Shown here: positions 19,694-42,681 of the stretch, one piece after another
Numbering within the stretch: position 1 is the first letter of the stretch
Layout: each line of letters opens with the position of its first letter
NCBI RefSeq assembly: GCF_009914755.1
Contig: NC_060926.1
Length of the DNA: 64,000 nucleotides
Strand: one strand, 5' to 3'
From: the human T2T-CHM13v2.0 reference genome, Homo sapiens
Translations under genes and position numbers: made by a program
Notes under the pieces: generated by a model
Seen by the model: only the letters and a program-made list of their open reading frames with translations
Databases searched by the model: none
Told to the model about the DNA's origin: nothing

Positions 19694-20620
19694 GAACTGT
19701 GGTTCTCAAATTTCATTTGCATAAAAATTACTGTGGGGGAGGCAGTGGGCTCAAGGAATCCGCATTTTAAGAAGTATCCCAGGTGATGTTTAACCCATTA
19801 TAGATACTTTGAGAAACAGTAATTTATAAGGTGCAAATACTGAATAATAATAAACAGTTATGTTACAAATACTTACATAGCGGTTACTTCATACTTGGCA
19901 CTGTTGTTAGAGAACTATAAACTCATTTAATCCACATTTAATCCTCATGAGGTGAAAAGTACTATTAACCCCCATTTTTACATATTAGGAAACTGAGGGA
20001 CAGAGATGCTAAGTAACTTGCTCCACAACTATAACTAGTAAGTAGAGTTGGGCCCAGCATTCTGGCCCCAGAGGCTGTGCTCTTAACAGCTGCCTCACAC
20101 CCCCTTTCCACTGATACATGCAAGAAAATCCACATGATTCCCAGCATGATTTTTGCTGAGCCCTTCCAAGGAGGCTGAAAGGAACAGAGGATACATTACT
20201 GCATAGAACACACAGGAAATATTTTATTAGTTTCCAGATGAAGCAAGGGATAGAGTACAAACATTTCAGTAGAGCTCCACAGCTCTCCTTAGGGAGCCCA
20301 CTCTCGCATCCGTGGCCCCCCAGTCCTGGCACCACCTGCAGTCCCCCGGCCTCAGCAGGTACTGCCGCCCCTGGTAGTTGGGCAGCTCGTAGAGGACCCA
20401 GGAGCCCTCCAGCACGTTGAAGGAGTGGATCTCACTGAGGTGGAAGCGGTCGTGAAGAGAGGAGCAGTCCTCAGTGATCTCCACCATCTGGCCCCTGTAG
20501 TCCTCTCGCTCATAGATCCTGAGCCTGTGGGAGCTGGCCTGGGGGTTCAGCAAACAGCAGATGAGGGAACGTCAGAAAACCTGACTTCCTGGGGGATGGA
20601 CCTAAAAAATTTTTTTTCTA

Positions 20621-23262
<2,642 letters not shown>

Positions 23263-23383
23263 TCTTTTCTGCTTGGAGCTCAGGTTCTAGATCCCCTTCT
23301 GAGCCTTCTAATGACATTTTTTCTGTCTCGGTTAAGAGCTGATCAGTAATGTCATTTCCTTCTCAAATCTGACTTTGAGACTT

Positions 23384-23421
<38 letters not shown>

Positions 23422-24229
23422 CATATATACACACACATATATACATATATATATGTATGTATCTTCTTTAGGGAAGATTCTCATGAGCAATTCTTTTTGA
23501 GGTTTGAGTGACTGCTAGTGAAGTGGATCTTACAGTCTGTAATTAGAAGAGTTGGTACTTGAAATTAGAAATCTAAGTTTTTGGGCTCCAATGCCAGACT
23601 GGGTCCTTATCCAGCTATTAAACCCTGTGAGGGGATTTCAGACTTCACAAAAGTGGTTCATTTTCCCGGGACTCTGTCACAGTCAACTTAGGGAATCCCT
23701 AACTGTGAAATTCCAGGCTGCTGGGGCTTCATTTAGGTAACAGTGGGCCCTGCAGGAGCTATTGGAATCTCATTGTTGGTTACTGGTTTGCCCAATCAGA
23801 AGGCAGGACTTGAGAGACCCTTGATGTTCATAATAATAGTTAATACTCGGGGTTGGGGATTGGCATGTGCCAGGCACCCTCCTTTTACCCTCATTGGAAC
23901 CCTATAAAGGAACTACTCTCATCAGCCCTTTTTACAGATGACGTAAAAGAAATAGCCACCTAGCCTATGGCCACCTGAGAGCAAGGAATTAATCTGTTGC
24001 TGTTTCATCACCTGTGGCATAGACGCTCTGAGCTAATGCCACGCACAACTTATTCCCAGTAGAGGTGAATTTGACTTTAGCAAAATAAAATAAAATGACC
24101 AGTTAAAAGCACTGCATCACATACTTTTTCAGTGGGAGGAAACCTTACGCATGTTAATAAAGGAAAAGAGAGTATAGTTAGAGCCAGAAAAAAGAAGCCT
24201 GCCATCGCATCCCATCGCCTGTCGTGTGA

Positions 24230-24770
<541 letters not shown>

Positions 24771-25644
24771 GGCATTTTTTTTTCTCTCTCTCTCTGTTCC
24801 ATATAATGACTGTAGGGGTGGGGGTGGGAGGTTTATTGTATGTTTTCTTTTAGACTCTCTAAAGCTTTCGAATTGATGATCTGGTTAAAACTGTCACTTA
24901 GTGCCATTTGGGCCTTTACATAAAGCCTATTTGGGAAATTGGAATTGAGCAAGTGCTTAAGAGTTAGTAATTGTAATTAAATGTTTTATTTACCTTTTAA
25001 AAGTTCAGTTTGAGCAACAAAGCAGAATAGCGACCAAGTCTAAGGTCGAAATAGACTACAGCATGAGGCTGTATTGTTTAGATTGGTGTGAAATGTGAAA
25101 CTTGAGGATGAACTTGCCTTCTCCTCGGGCTGTTTACAGTAGGATGTGATTCTCCTTTAAGAGAACCTCTCTATGATCCTACCTGCTGATAAGCAGGGTA
25201 TCAGATAACTAATGCAGGAGGTTGGACGCCAGGGGTTGGGCCTGGGGAAGCCCTATTTAGGCACCTGGCCTCAGCTCTGATCCCTGGAGCCTGGGTGGAA
25301 GCAGGGAAGTCTTCAGCTTCAGCACCGTGCCTGCCTCAGCACAGGCAATGAAACTCTCAACTGTGGGATTCATGAAGTGACACTTTGGCGGTTATTACAC
25401 TGGTAACTTTCTATTTAACAACTTTGCTAACTAAAGGCTAAGCTTAGTTGGTTCTAGCTGCTGACAAATGCAAGTTAACATGCAAATATAACACATTGAA
25501 GATCCTGCAATCTTGCAAAGATTCTGCCTTCTTCACCCTGGGGCAAAACCCTCGTGGCTCTCTAGTTAAGGCTCTGACTCCAGGGACTGGGGTCTTCCTT
25601 CCTTTTGCCGGGACCCGGTCCCTCCTGGTGTTCCACTCTCTTTA

Positions 25645-25876
25645 GAGCAAGGTTTCTCAACCGCAGCACTCTTTTGACATTTGGGGCCCAAAAAATTATC
25701 TGCTGGGTGGGGAGGCTGTCCTGTGCATTGCAGGACATTGAGCAGCATCCTGGCCTCTACCATCTGGGTACCGATAGCATTACTGTCCCGTCGTGACAAG
25801 CAGAACTGTCTGCAGACATTGCCAAAGGTTCCCTGGAAAGCAAATCCACTCCCCATCCCCACTAAGAACCACTGAT
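25645..25876. mobile_element. MER20 DNA transposon
   Basis: GGTTTCTCAACCGCAGCACT...TGTCCTGTGCATTGCAGGACATTGAGCAGCATCC...AGAACCACTG. Confidence 0.8.
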
Positions 25877-26099
25877 TTAGAATAACTTTGGTGCACCCAG
25901 TCTCACTCCTTAGTTTGGATTCTTGCTACTTAAGTCTAATACTAAAAAATAGCTTTCTCTGGACAAATTTTATGTGATCCATGTAAGTTTAATAAGCCTC
26001 ATTTACATATTTCTCTTTTAAAAATTATAACTTTTGTGGAAAATTTAGAAACTATAAAGCAGTAGAAAGGAGAAAAGATTTTAAGCCGTAGTTTTGTAT

Positions 26100-26915
26100 A
26101 AAAAGTAGCACTGTTGATGTATATTTAAAAACTCCTAATTCTCACACCTGTGATCTAATATTTCCATCTCTAGGAATTTGTCCAATGGAAAAAATTAAAG
26201 ATGCATACAAAGATTATGAACAGTGATATTTTATCAGAATGGTGTTTATAATATAGAAAATTAGATACAAATAAAATGTCCAGAATAGGGCATTGTTTAA
26301 ATAAATCATGGAACACTTGTTTGATGAGATGCTATGCAGCTACCAAAAATCATGTTGTCAAAGAATTTATTTAAGGGTATGGAAAATGCTTACCATATGT
26401 CAAGTTAAAAAAAAAAACAAGTATATTATACTCTGAAAATTACAAAATATTGAAAGAAATTAAAGAAGACATAAATAAGTGGAAACACATCCTATGTTAA
26501 TGGATTGGAAGACAATATTGTTAATACATCAGTACTACTCAAAGCAATCTGCAGATTTAGTGCAATCCCTATCAAATCTCAATGATTTCCTTATGCAGAA
26601 AGAGAAAAATCTATCCTAAAATTCATCTGGAATCTCAAGGGACCCCAAATCAACAAATTAGTCTTGCAAAAAACAAAGTTGGAAGTTCCTTATTCCTTAT
26701 TCCTAATAAGGAATGCTGACACATGGCACATATGGAAGAACCTTGAAAACATGTGAAGGGAAATAAATCAGACACAGAGGAACAAATATTGTATGATTCC
26801 GTTTATTTGAGGTACCTAGAATAGTCAGTTTCGTAAAGACAGGAAGTGGAATGGCGGTTACCAAGGATTGGGGGAGGTAGGATTGGGGAGTTATGGTTTA
26901 ATGAATACAGAGTTT
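26100..26915 (+). mobile_element. old L1M fragments
   Basis: ORF2-end-like GAAAGAAATTAAAGAAGACATAAATAAGTGG...; 3'UTR GAGGTACCTAGAATAGTCA. Confidence 0.7.
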
Positions 26916-29426
26916 CCCTCAAAACTAAAAGTCTTTTAGCACATGTACCACCCCTAGAATTTCTGGTAAACCAGCACCAGCCTGAAGATCATGTTCTCAT
27001 CAAAGGGTGAAAAAAAAGGAAACTCGAACCAGCCTACGAAGGACCCTTGTGCTGCTAACCACCGAGACTTCTGTTCGTACAGCGAAAAAAGGATGGACTC
27101 ATTACAACCGAGTCAAGAAAGTGCCACCCTCTCCAGAGTCGTGGGCCATAGTCCCAGGGGAAAACCCTACCAAACTAAGCTAAGAAAAATTTAACTTTTT
27201 CATCTATTCTATTACTCTTTCTTCTTTTCTCGCTCTATTACTGACCATCTAGTTATTACCATAACCAAGTCAATTTCACCTCAAACTATTGCATTTAATG
27301 CTTTCCTTGTTATACCCTGTGGGGACTTGCCAAGTCAAAGACAGCTCTCTACTTCAGAAAAGTACCTCTGTCCCTCCTGACTCTCCTCAGACTGGGCATT
27401 AGTAAATTAGGACCATTTAATCTGGGGAAATTTTGATTAAAGACTCCAGTGTCAACCAGGAGTCTTGCCCCTCAATGTAGAGCTTTTATGCCGCAGTTTG
27501 TCCAACATTCTGTGGACCACTAAAGAGCAAGGATGGACTGCCCCGACCGGTTTTTGTAATTTCCTAAAATCATATGTTCATTTTACTAGAGGATCATAAA
27601 AGTTAAAGACTTAAAACAAACTTTGTCAATTAAGACAGGATACCAAGATGCAAATACCTGGTTGGAATGGATCAAATATTCCATCAGCACGTTAAACAAA
27701 AGCAATTGTTATGCTTGTGCGCAGGGCAGGTCAGAGGCCCAGATTGTCCCCTTTCCACTAAGGTGGTCCTCCAGTCGCCCAGGCGTGGACTGCATGGTAG
27801 CTCTTTTCCAGGATTCTACAGCCTGGAGTAATAAGTTGTGCCAAGCTCTCTCTGCTATATCCCAAAGTCCAGCACCCTGCAGGTCAGCCCCCAAGGGCCA
27901 TCCAGTTTCCGTCTCCCAACACTAAGTTCACTTCATGACTCTCACAACAGGGAGGAAACTTAGAGTTCCTTGGAGACCTGAAGGGATGCAGTGAGCTTAA
28001 GAATTTTCAAGAGCTTATCAATCAGTCAGCCCTCGTTCATCCCCGAGCGGATGTGTGGTGGTATTGTGGCCGAATAACTGGAGTGGCACTTGTACTTCAG
28101 TCCAATTGGCTTGCCTTTCGCCCTGGGATTTTGTCAACCAGAGGGAGGAAAAATAAGACATTGTAAAGCGAGAGAAGCCCCTTATGGGTCTTTCGACTCT
28201 CACGTCTATTTAGAAGCAATTGAAGTCCCACGGGGAATACCAGATCAATTTAAAGCTTAAAATCAAATAGCTGCAGGATTTGAGTCAATATTTTGGTGGG
28301 TGACGGTTAATAAAAATGTAGATTGGATAAACTACATCTATTACAACCAACAGCAATAAGCTTTTCATGAGTTAAAAGAAAAAACTCATGTTGGCCCCAG
28401 CCCTGGGGCTACCTGAACTGGCAAAACCCTTTACACTCTATGTGACAGAAAGAGAAAAAATGGCAGTTGGAGTTTTAACCCAGACTGTGGGGCCCTGGCC
28501 AAGGTCAGTGGCCTATCTCTCAAAACAACTGGACAGGGTTTCCAAAGGCTGGCCCCCATGTCTAAGGGCCCTGGCAGCAACGGCCCTGTTAGCACAAGAA
28601 GCAGATAAACTAACTCTTGGGCAAAACCTGAATATAAAGGCCCCTCCATGCTGTGGTAACTTTGATGAATACCAAAGGACATCATTGGCTAGCAAATGCT
28701 AGATTAACCAAGTGCCAAAGCTTCCTATGTGAAAATCCCCACATAACCATTGAAGTTTGCAACACCCTAAACCCCACCACCTTGCTCCTGGTATCAGAGA
28801 GCCCAGCTGAACATAACTGCTACTTGGGCACAAGACAGCTCGTGGGGATACCAGACCCCCATTTACATGCTCAATTGAATCATACGGTTACAAGCTGTCT
28901 TAGAAATAATCATTAATAAGACTGACAGAGCCTTGACTATTGTGGCCTGGCAAGAAACTCGGATGAGAAATGCTGTCTATCAAAATAGATTGGCTCTCGA
29001 CTACTTGCTAGCAGCTAAAGGAGGGGTCTGTGGGAAATTTACCTTACTAATTGCTGTGTACACACAGATGATCAAGGGAAGGTAGTTGAAGACATAGAGA
29101 TATGACAAAACTGGCACATGTGCCTGTGCAAGTGTGGCATGGATTTGATCCTGGGGCCATGTTTGAAAAATGGTTCTCGGCACTAGGAGAATTTGAAACT
29201 CTTATAATAGGAGTTGTGATAGTAATAGGAACGTGCTTACTGCTCCCTTGTTTGTTACCTGTACTTCTTCAAATGATAAAAAGCTTCATCACTACCTTAG
29301 TTCACCAAAATGCTTCAGCACAAGTGTACTATATGAATCACTATCGATCTGTCTTGCAAGAAGACACAGGTAATGAAAATAAAAGTGACACTGCCACTAA
29401 TGAGTGAGGTTCTCAAAGCGGGGAAA
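26916..29426 (+). mobile_element. ERV1 internal remnant, Harlequin-type mosaic (integrase end, env, pol insert, second env TM)
   Basis: env-like YQDANTWLEWIKYS...CYACA and NKNVDWINYIYYNQQ; pol RT-RNaseH tether [17 protein letters not shown]...VAYLSKQLD; TM immunosuppressive motif [21 protein letters not shown]; purine tract before the LTR. Confidence 0.8.
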
Positions 29427-29886
29427 TAAGGGACGAGACCACCCCTCATATTGTCCTATGCCCAATTTCTGCCCCCAAAGAAAGAATAAGTAAAAACTAA
29501 AAGGCAGAAATGAAATCCACAGGCAGACAGCCCGGCGCCACGCCCTGGGCCTGGTTAAAGATCGACCCCTGACCTAACCGGTTCTGTTATCTATAGATTC
29601 CAGACATTGTATGGAAAAACATTGTGAAAATCCCTGTCCTGTTCTGTTCCATTCTGATTACCAGTGCATGCAGCCCCCAGTCATGTACTGCCTGCTTGCT
29701 CAATCCATCACGACCCTCTCAAGCAGACCCCCTTAGAGTTTTAAGCCCTTAAATGGGACAGGAGTTGCTCACTCGGGGAGCTCGGTTTTTGGAGACGTGA
29801 GTCTTGCTGAAGCTCCTGGCTGAATAAAGCCTTTCCTTCTTTAACTTGGTGTCTGAGGGGTTTTGTCTGTGGCTAGTCCTGCTACA
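29427..29886 (+). mobile_element. 3' LTR, LTR2/LTR2B (HERV-E/Harlequin) family
   Basis: Begins TAAGGGACGAGACCACCCCTCATATTGTCC, AATAAA at 29823-29828, ends GCTACA. Confidence 0.85.
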
Positions 29887-30159
29887 GTTTTATTATAATA
29901 AATATTGAGTGAGTAGTTTGTGCATAACACTTTTTTTCATGTTTAGGATTTGTTTCTTAGATAGATTCCTAGAAGTATGCTCAAAAGTTAGTTCATATTT
30001 CTCCCTCTGCTATTCTTGTGACATTCAACTCCTCATTATCACAAAGGACTGAAGAAGTGTAAATGTTTGCCAATATTTGGTACCATCTGAATTGCCTCCC
30101 AAGACAGGATGAATTCCATGGATTATAAACGAGTTAAAGAGTGTCTAAAACAAAGTTTA

Positions 30160-30794
<635 letters not shown>

Positions 30795-31964
30795 TTACAG
30801 TTCTCTTACTTTATAAAGAGAAATAAAAGAATATTGAATATAATTGACATCTTAAACAATTTTTTTCTCTATTTGTACCCTTTCCTCCTTGGACTTCATC
30901 CTTCTTTCTCCCTTTATTCAGTTCGTTCTGATTTCCCTATAACACCAAAGGTCACACTCAAGAATGGGATAATATTTTAAGGTTCTCTTCAATCCTGGGA
31001 ATTTGTGCTCTGGACACAATTGTGTTATAGGCTAAGACTGCTATTGTGTTTCTTCATTCACCCTTTCTTGTCTATTGCCCCAGTTGCAGCTAATAGATTC
31101 TATGGTTACCAGGGATACCAGCTTTAGGATGACGCAGATGCTAAATGCCGCGGGAGTCAGAGAAAACCTGGGGTCCTGATGATGTTGTTGAGCTGCTGAA
31201 TCAACCATCCCTAAACCCTATGCTCCCAAGACTTCTTGTCATGTGAGCTAGTAGATTTCCATCTTGCTTATCTATTTAATATGAAGTTGCTGCTACTTTC
31301 AGTCTAAAGCATTAAGTCAGATCCATTTCTGGCTGTGGGATTAGGATGAATTTTGATCTGGTTAAAGGCTGAGTAACTCACCAGGGAGAAGGTGCATAAG
31401 AGAAATCCTGGTGAGGAAAAGATATAAGTAAGGGCAAAGAGATGTGAAAGTGTTTGGTGTGCTTGGAGGACTCAGGTGAGATGGGAAGGAAGGACAGCTG
31501 AGGTCAGGAAATAGGAGATGAGGTAGATAGGCTGGGGGTCAGGATCCCAGGAATTTGAATGTTTTCCTATGGGAAGTGAAGGAACATCAAAGGTTTTTAA
31601 TCAGAGAAACGACATGATCAGATTAGCCTCTAAGCACTTACATAGTGACTCCTCCTTTCTAAAATTCTAGCAATGAGAGTACAAATAAGACAGAATAAGA
31701 GGTAGGAAAAGAACCAATGTAAGTGAATATATTGTAGGACAGCCTTATACATAGTATATTGACACACACAAACGTACATTGGATGAGGTTATATAAATAT
31801 ATATAACTGTATGTGTGTGCCCATGTGTATTCAGAGAATGCAGCTTTGGATTATTCAATATTTTTAATTCAATTCCTGGTTGGTTGTTTGCAACGACCTC
31901 ATGGTAAGAATCTATGATTTAGTGTTGTCATTACTTTCACAAAATTTCACAATAGATTTTATAA

Positions 31965-32273
<309 letters not shown>

Positions 32274-32529
32274 AAAATCTTCCTGATTTCATAATAGAAA
32301 ACCAGCAGTTTCTGAGCTGTGATTCTGGCTTCTGATTCCACCTCTGTTATTGGTGTGACCTTGGAATTAGACCTCAGTTTACTGTACATAAAATGAGTTA
32401 TCTAGGTTAGATGATCTATGGATTTAAAATATATTAACCATCTTATCTTATAACTACAATGTTCTGTAATGGCCCCTCTCTGTGCCTCTCTCTCCCCCTC
32501 CTTCCCTTTCTTTCTTTTTCTCTCCTCCC

Positions 32530-32760
32530 CTTTTTTTTTTTTCAACTTTTATTTTAGGCTCGGGGTACATGTGCATGTTTGCTATGTAGGTAAACTTGTG
32601 TCACGGGGGTTTGTTGTACAGGTTATTTCATCACCCAGCTACTAGGCCTAGTATCCAATAGTTATTTCTTCTGATTCTCTCCCTCCTCCCACCCTCCACC
32701 CTCCAACAGGTCCAGTGTCCGTTGTTCCCTTCTTTGTGTCCACGTGTGTGTTCTCCCGTC
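32530..32760 (-). mobile_element. L1PA 3' end fragment
   Basis: poly(T) then GGGGTACATGTGCATGTTTG...TTATTTCATCACCCAG. Confidence 0.8.
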
Positions 32761-33689
32761 TTTCTTCTTTGTTTTTTTTTTTAATTTTAAAATTAAGAAT
32801 GTCTCTAAATAAAATTCTATACAGTTACCTAAGGAAAATTCACATATACTCTACATCAGCTAGAAATGTGTGTTGAACTGCAGATAACAGAATACCCAGC
32901 TATAGGGGCTTAAACAAAATGTGGTTTATTTGACTGCCATTACAAGAAGTCTGAAGGTAAAAGGTTGTTAGCATGGTCCAGGGGCTCAGCCACATCTAGG
33001 CCAACATTTCTGAAATTCTCCTGGCCTTTCTCTCACAGCTGTCATTTCTTGAGTGTAAGAAATAAGAGGGAACTTTGGCATCAGGGTCATCTGCTCTCTT
33101 TCATTAGAAAGGCACAAGTTTTTCCAGAACCATCTCTTCTCCCTCCCTATCATCATTTCTCACTTCTGATTCGATGGCCAGAGGAAGGCCACATGGCCAC
33201 CTCTGTAGTAAGGGAGTCGGACAGAGATTTGTGAACTCAACTTTTGCATACAATTTTAGAGAATTCAAAAATGGACGCGCGTTATGGTACCCAGGTTCAG
33301 AATCCCTGATTGAAAAAGTGGGTCACACTATCTGAACCTACATTTTCAGGTCCTCACTCCTCAAAGAAAAACTGAAATCTAAACAGATTTCTGATAATCT
33401 GGTTTGAAGCAGCAAGCTGTTTAAAGGCCAGAGAATCAAATGAGATAATGAATTATGAAACTTTTGCAAACTGTTAAGTTCTACTTAATATGAAGACGTC
33501 ATTCTGTTGTGAGAACTTCCTTTGTTATCTATGTATTACACATCTTGGTTGCCATTTGCCTCGTGTGTGTAAATAAAATAAGATAGAAGTAGGGCAAAGT
33601 AAAGAAAGACACAAGCAAATCAGTGCCAGGAACACACAGAAAATATTTTATTAGTTTCCAAATTAAGAAACAACAAAGGAGGACATATT

Positions 33690-36640
<2,951 letters not shown>

Positions 36641-37971
36641 TGTTCTCTTTTTTTCTCTTTGCTGTGCTAGACCACGGGGCTTGTTGTGGGTTTTGGTCGC
36701 ATTCTCTCTGGAGTATTCGGATTGCTATCACTGGCTGATGCTATTGAGAATGTTTGTAAAACGGCAATTTGGGACATTGTCTATTTATAATGGAAGTGGA
36801 GCTTCAGCTATTTCACATATAGTTCACGCTTTTATTCGTATAGATTGGGGAAAAACAAAAAAAATTTAAGTCGAGGAGCAAAAAAAGCAACGACTCTTAA
36901 TAAGGCAAATATAAATTAATCTGTCAGAACTACAGTATTACTTACGTGCCACAATATTGAATACTGATTGTTAATAGGAAGGAAATGGGCTTAACTGAAT
37001 ATTGAAAATTTCAAGTTAGTCCTTTAAGAGAACGTCATCATGAAAGGGTGTAAGAAATTGGAACATTTTATTAAGAGAGTTCACAGAATTTCGAACTTTT
37101 ATTATGGTAAAACACACAGCAAACGTGAATCTTCAATATTGGGTCTGATTTTGTTGCAATTATGCCTGGAAGTAGCTGAGAATTAGATGTTTTTCTCTTA
37201 GCTAATGGTGGTGCCGTGATTCAAAAGAGAGAATAGTTCTAAGATGCTTAATCTCAGAAAGAACTAAAAAGGGAAATATCTAAGTTTGAGGAAATTAGAA
37301 AAAGTAATATGTTTGAAACACAAAAACATGATCTCTTAGCTTGTTATAAAATAAAACCAAATTCCTAAGAAACTTATTTCTGGTAGGATCTAGAATACAC
37401 CTTTGCCCTCTGAACGAGCGAGAGTACACAAGGCCTTTGACTCAGACGAAATTAATTGCATGAACACAAAGGGGAGCTATGGCTGGAATGATGCAGGGAG
37501 AGGAAGGAATAAAAATCTAGAAGTTGGACTCGAGGAAGACTTCAGAAAGTACTTATTGGCCTGGAAGAGAGCAGTTTGATGGACTGGGAAGAGTACTGGA
37601 GTGGAATATGACCTATGTGTCCAGCTTCTTTCATGTTTAAAGAATTGCTTACAGCCCTGTGTCAACCCATGGAAGTACTTTGTCTTGTCTTTGAGTCATA
37701 AATCTTTGTAAGTGGTATTTATGAATTAAACACCAACTATGTGCAATACAAATTATTTTAATTCTTATTTTCTGGCTGCTTTTTTTTTTTTGTATTCTTT
37801 CTATATAGAGCTCTACGGTGGTAGGGAAATACCTTTTTCTTTTGTTTTGTTTTGATTGTTTTCTTCATCCCCATTGCTACATATAGCAGGCGTATGGTAG
37901 GTGCTCAAAAATTGGTAAGGATCCTAACTCAAGGAAGTTAAGAGTCTCTAGTGGCTAATAATTGGAGGCTA

Positions 37972-38348
<377 letters not shown>

Positions 38349-38989
38349 TTAAAATTATGGCATGTCAGGATTAGCGTATATGTACAATGTTATTCTTTGC
38401 AGCATTGTTGGTAAAAGCAACATTGGAAAAGCCCAGTCACTTAAGTGGACAAATGGTGAAATGGTCTAAGGGACCTCCAAACAATGGGATGCAATTCAAC
38501 CATCAAACAGAATAAGATACTGACCTAGATATATGTCCATATTATAATACATTTTAAAAGCAAGTTGCAGACTAATATGTATAGCATGATTCCATTTTTG
38601 TAAAGAAAAGAAGCATGTGTTTTATAAGAGAGCTATATAAACAAGGAGAAAATCCCAGAAGGGTGCCCACCAACTATAAACAAGAGTTAGCAATGAGGGG
38701 CGTCAGAAGGACTCCCCTCAACTTCTTTATAGAATTTGTACAGTAGTAAGATTATGGGAGGCCTTTTACTTTGAAGGGAGATTTTTAAGTTAAAATAAAT
38801 AAATTCTCTGCTGATGAAAAGACTCGTAATTGCTTTCTTTTTTTTTTTTTTATTTTTACTTTTTAGGGCTTTGCTTATGAGCAAGCAGATTTTAGTTTAA
38901 TAAAAGGCTCCAGAAATTATGGCTTCTTTAAAGCACCTTTAAATTTGAGCCCATTTTGTAATTACAGGACTTACGTATTTGTTTATTTA

Positions 38990-39475
38990 AACTTTTATTT
39001 TAGATTTAGGGGCACGTATCCAGGTTTGTAATACAGGTAAATTGCATGTTGTGAAGGTTTGGTGTACAGATTATTTTATCACCCAGGTGATAAGTATAGT
39101 ACCTGACAGGTAGTTTTTTGATCCTCTCCAACCGCCCACCCTGCAACCTCAAGCAGGCCCCAGTGTCTCTTGTTTTCTTCTTGTCCACATGTACTCAAAG
39201 TTTAGGTCCCACTTAGAAGCGAGAATATGAGGTATTTTGTTTTCTGTTCCTGTGTTAGTTTGCTTAGGATAATGGCCTCCAGCTCCATCTATGTTGCTGC
39301 AAAGGACAGGGTCTCATTCTTTTTTATGGCTGCATAGTATTCCATTGTATATATGTACCACTTTGTAAAATCCAGCCTACCATTGATGGGCATTTAGGTT
39401 GATTCCATGTCTTTGCTGTCATGAATAGTGCTGTGATAAACATATGCATACATGCGTCCTTATGCCAGAACGATG
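38990..39475 (-). mobile_element. L1PA (older) 3' end
   Basis: TTTATGGCTGCATAGTATTCCATTGTATATATGTACCA L1 signature. Confidence 0.85.
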
Positions 39476-40220
39476 TTTTTTGTAGTTATTTTTTATGTTT
39501 GGGTTACACTATACCATGAAAATCTATTTAAAAGATTGATGTGTATCTCTTAATATTAATTTATTTGCAATAGCTGGTCACCATGAAACTGATGTGCAGT
39601 TTCTATAATTGACACAGCATTTGGGCCAGGGGTAGTACCGACCAAGAGCTACACTTCTGGACAGGAGCCATTTTCAAAAGAAGATGAATAGTCTTTAACT
39701 TTGTTCAAAGGTACGGCAATGGCTGCGGTGGCCCTGGCATTAGTTATATAATACTGTGTCTGAAAGTAAACAAAACTACAATCCTTTATATAGTCTAATC
39801 AGGCTGTTGGCCAAGTTAAGTTTGCCCTCTCCACTCATCTGACTTTGCCTTTTGTCTAACCCATTTTTGGTTAGAAGGAAACTTCCCAACTATTGTTCCT
39901 CAAGGTGCTTAGTTGAATGCCTCCCTTCTCACCAGTCAGCCTCTCCCAGGTCTCTGGCATTGCCCTGCGTTTTCTTTCTCGGGCAGGCTACACCCTGCCT
40001 CCACCCCAACGTCTGAGGCTTGTTCAAACTCACTCTACCTTGAAGCTCTTCTCCAATAGACCCCGTCCCCCACCCCATTCACTTCTTAACTTTTGACAAG
40101 GAGCATTTAAAGGTGAACTGATTTGCACAATGAAAGAATGACAGAAGTCAGCAATTGCCAGCAATGCAGACTAAATATTTATTAGGTTCCAAAATGGGAA
40201 ATTGGTAGTGTTAAGCTATT

Positions 40221-41810
<1,590 letters not shown>

Positions 41811-41871
41811 GGCTGGTTGACACGGATGATGCGAGTTCAGTGTGATGGGGCCTGCGGCTGCACAGCCAGTC

Positions 41872-41921
41872 TATATAGCAGGATGGCTGCTGCGTTGGCA
41901 AGAACAACACAAAAGGGGCCC
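41872..41921 (-). promoter_or_regulatory. CRYGC proximal promoter: TATATA (41872-41877), MARE, SOX site
   Basis: GGCCCCTTTTGTGTTGTTCTTGCCAACGCAGCAGCC...CTATATAG on the minus strand. Confidence 0.85.
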
Positions 41922-42681
41922 TCAGCGGTAAGGGGATTTTATGCATCTCTTTAACATCCTGCATTCACTGGAAATGATTGTAGATTGTGTTCTTGTTCTC
42001 TGGTATATTCTAACGCTGTCCTGTACATACTGCTCTGTGTTGCTTTTATTTGGATTGTTAGTGTTTTCTAAATTTATCTGTGCATCAGTCTGAACTTTTG
42101 ACCTGAAATTCGTGGCTCTGTCTATATGATTGAATTATTCCCCGTGAATTTTCTGGGAAAGATCTATGCCATTATAGAATTGCTCCAGGATTCCAGAGAG
42201 GTTGCTGAGGTAGAATGCCAAAAGCACTGACTCATTTCCCTGGATGGCAGAGACTGCTCTACCTTACATTTTTGTCTTTACACAATTTTCCAGTCCAGGG
42301 CCGGACACAAATCTAGATTCTTATCTTGGCTAGTTTTGACTTCGTTAACCCAATGCTTTAAGACAGCTTTTAACTATGCCTTTCGTGGGCACGTCGTCTA
42401 ACTAGAGATCAGTCCCTGGTAGTGAACTTACGATAACAAGCAAGGGAAAGGTTTCTATGGTCACTGGGCCCAAGACTGAGAAGTACCGTATACTACTTTA
42501 TAGATTGCTTTCCCTTTTTCAAGCGTGAGGGAGGCCATAAAGCTTCACGGGCAAGAGTGTGAGCTTTGGACTCAGGCCGCCTGTACTCAGAAGGCCCACT
42601 GATTAGCTCCATGGCAAATTATATAACCACTCAGAGCAGGAGTTATCTCATGGACTATAGTCTGATTAATGAGAAAAAAAG

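Noticed and set aside
27623-29407. env and pol ORF fragments as possible domesticated genes
   Set aside because: Fragmented by stops and frameshifts; none exceeds about 105 aa
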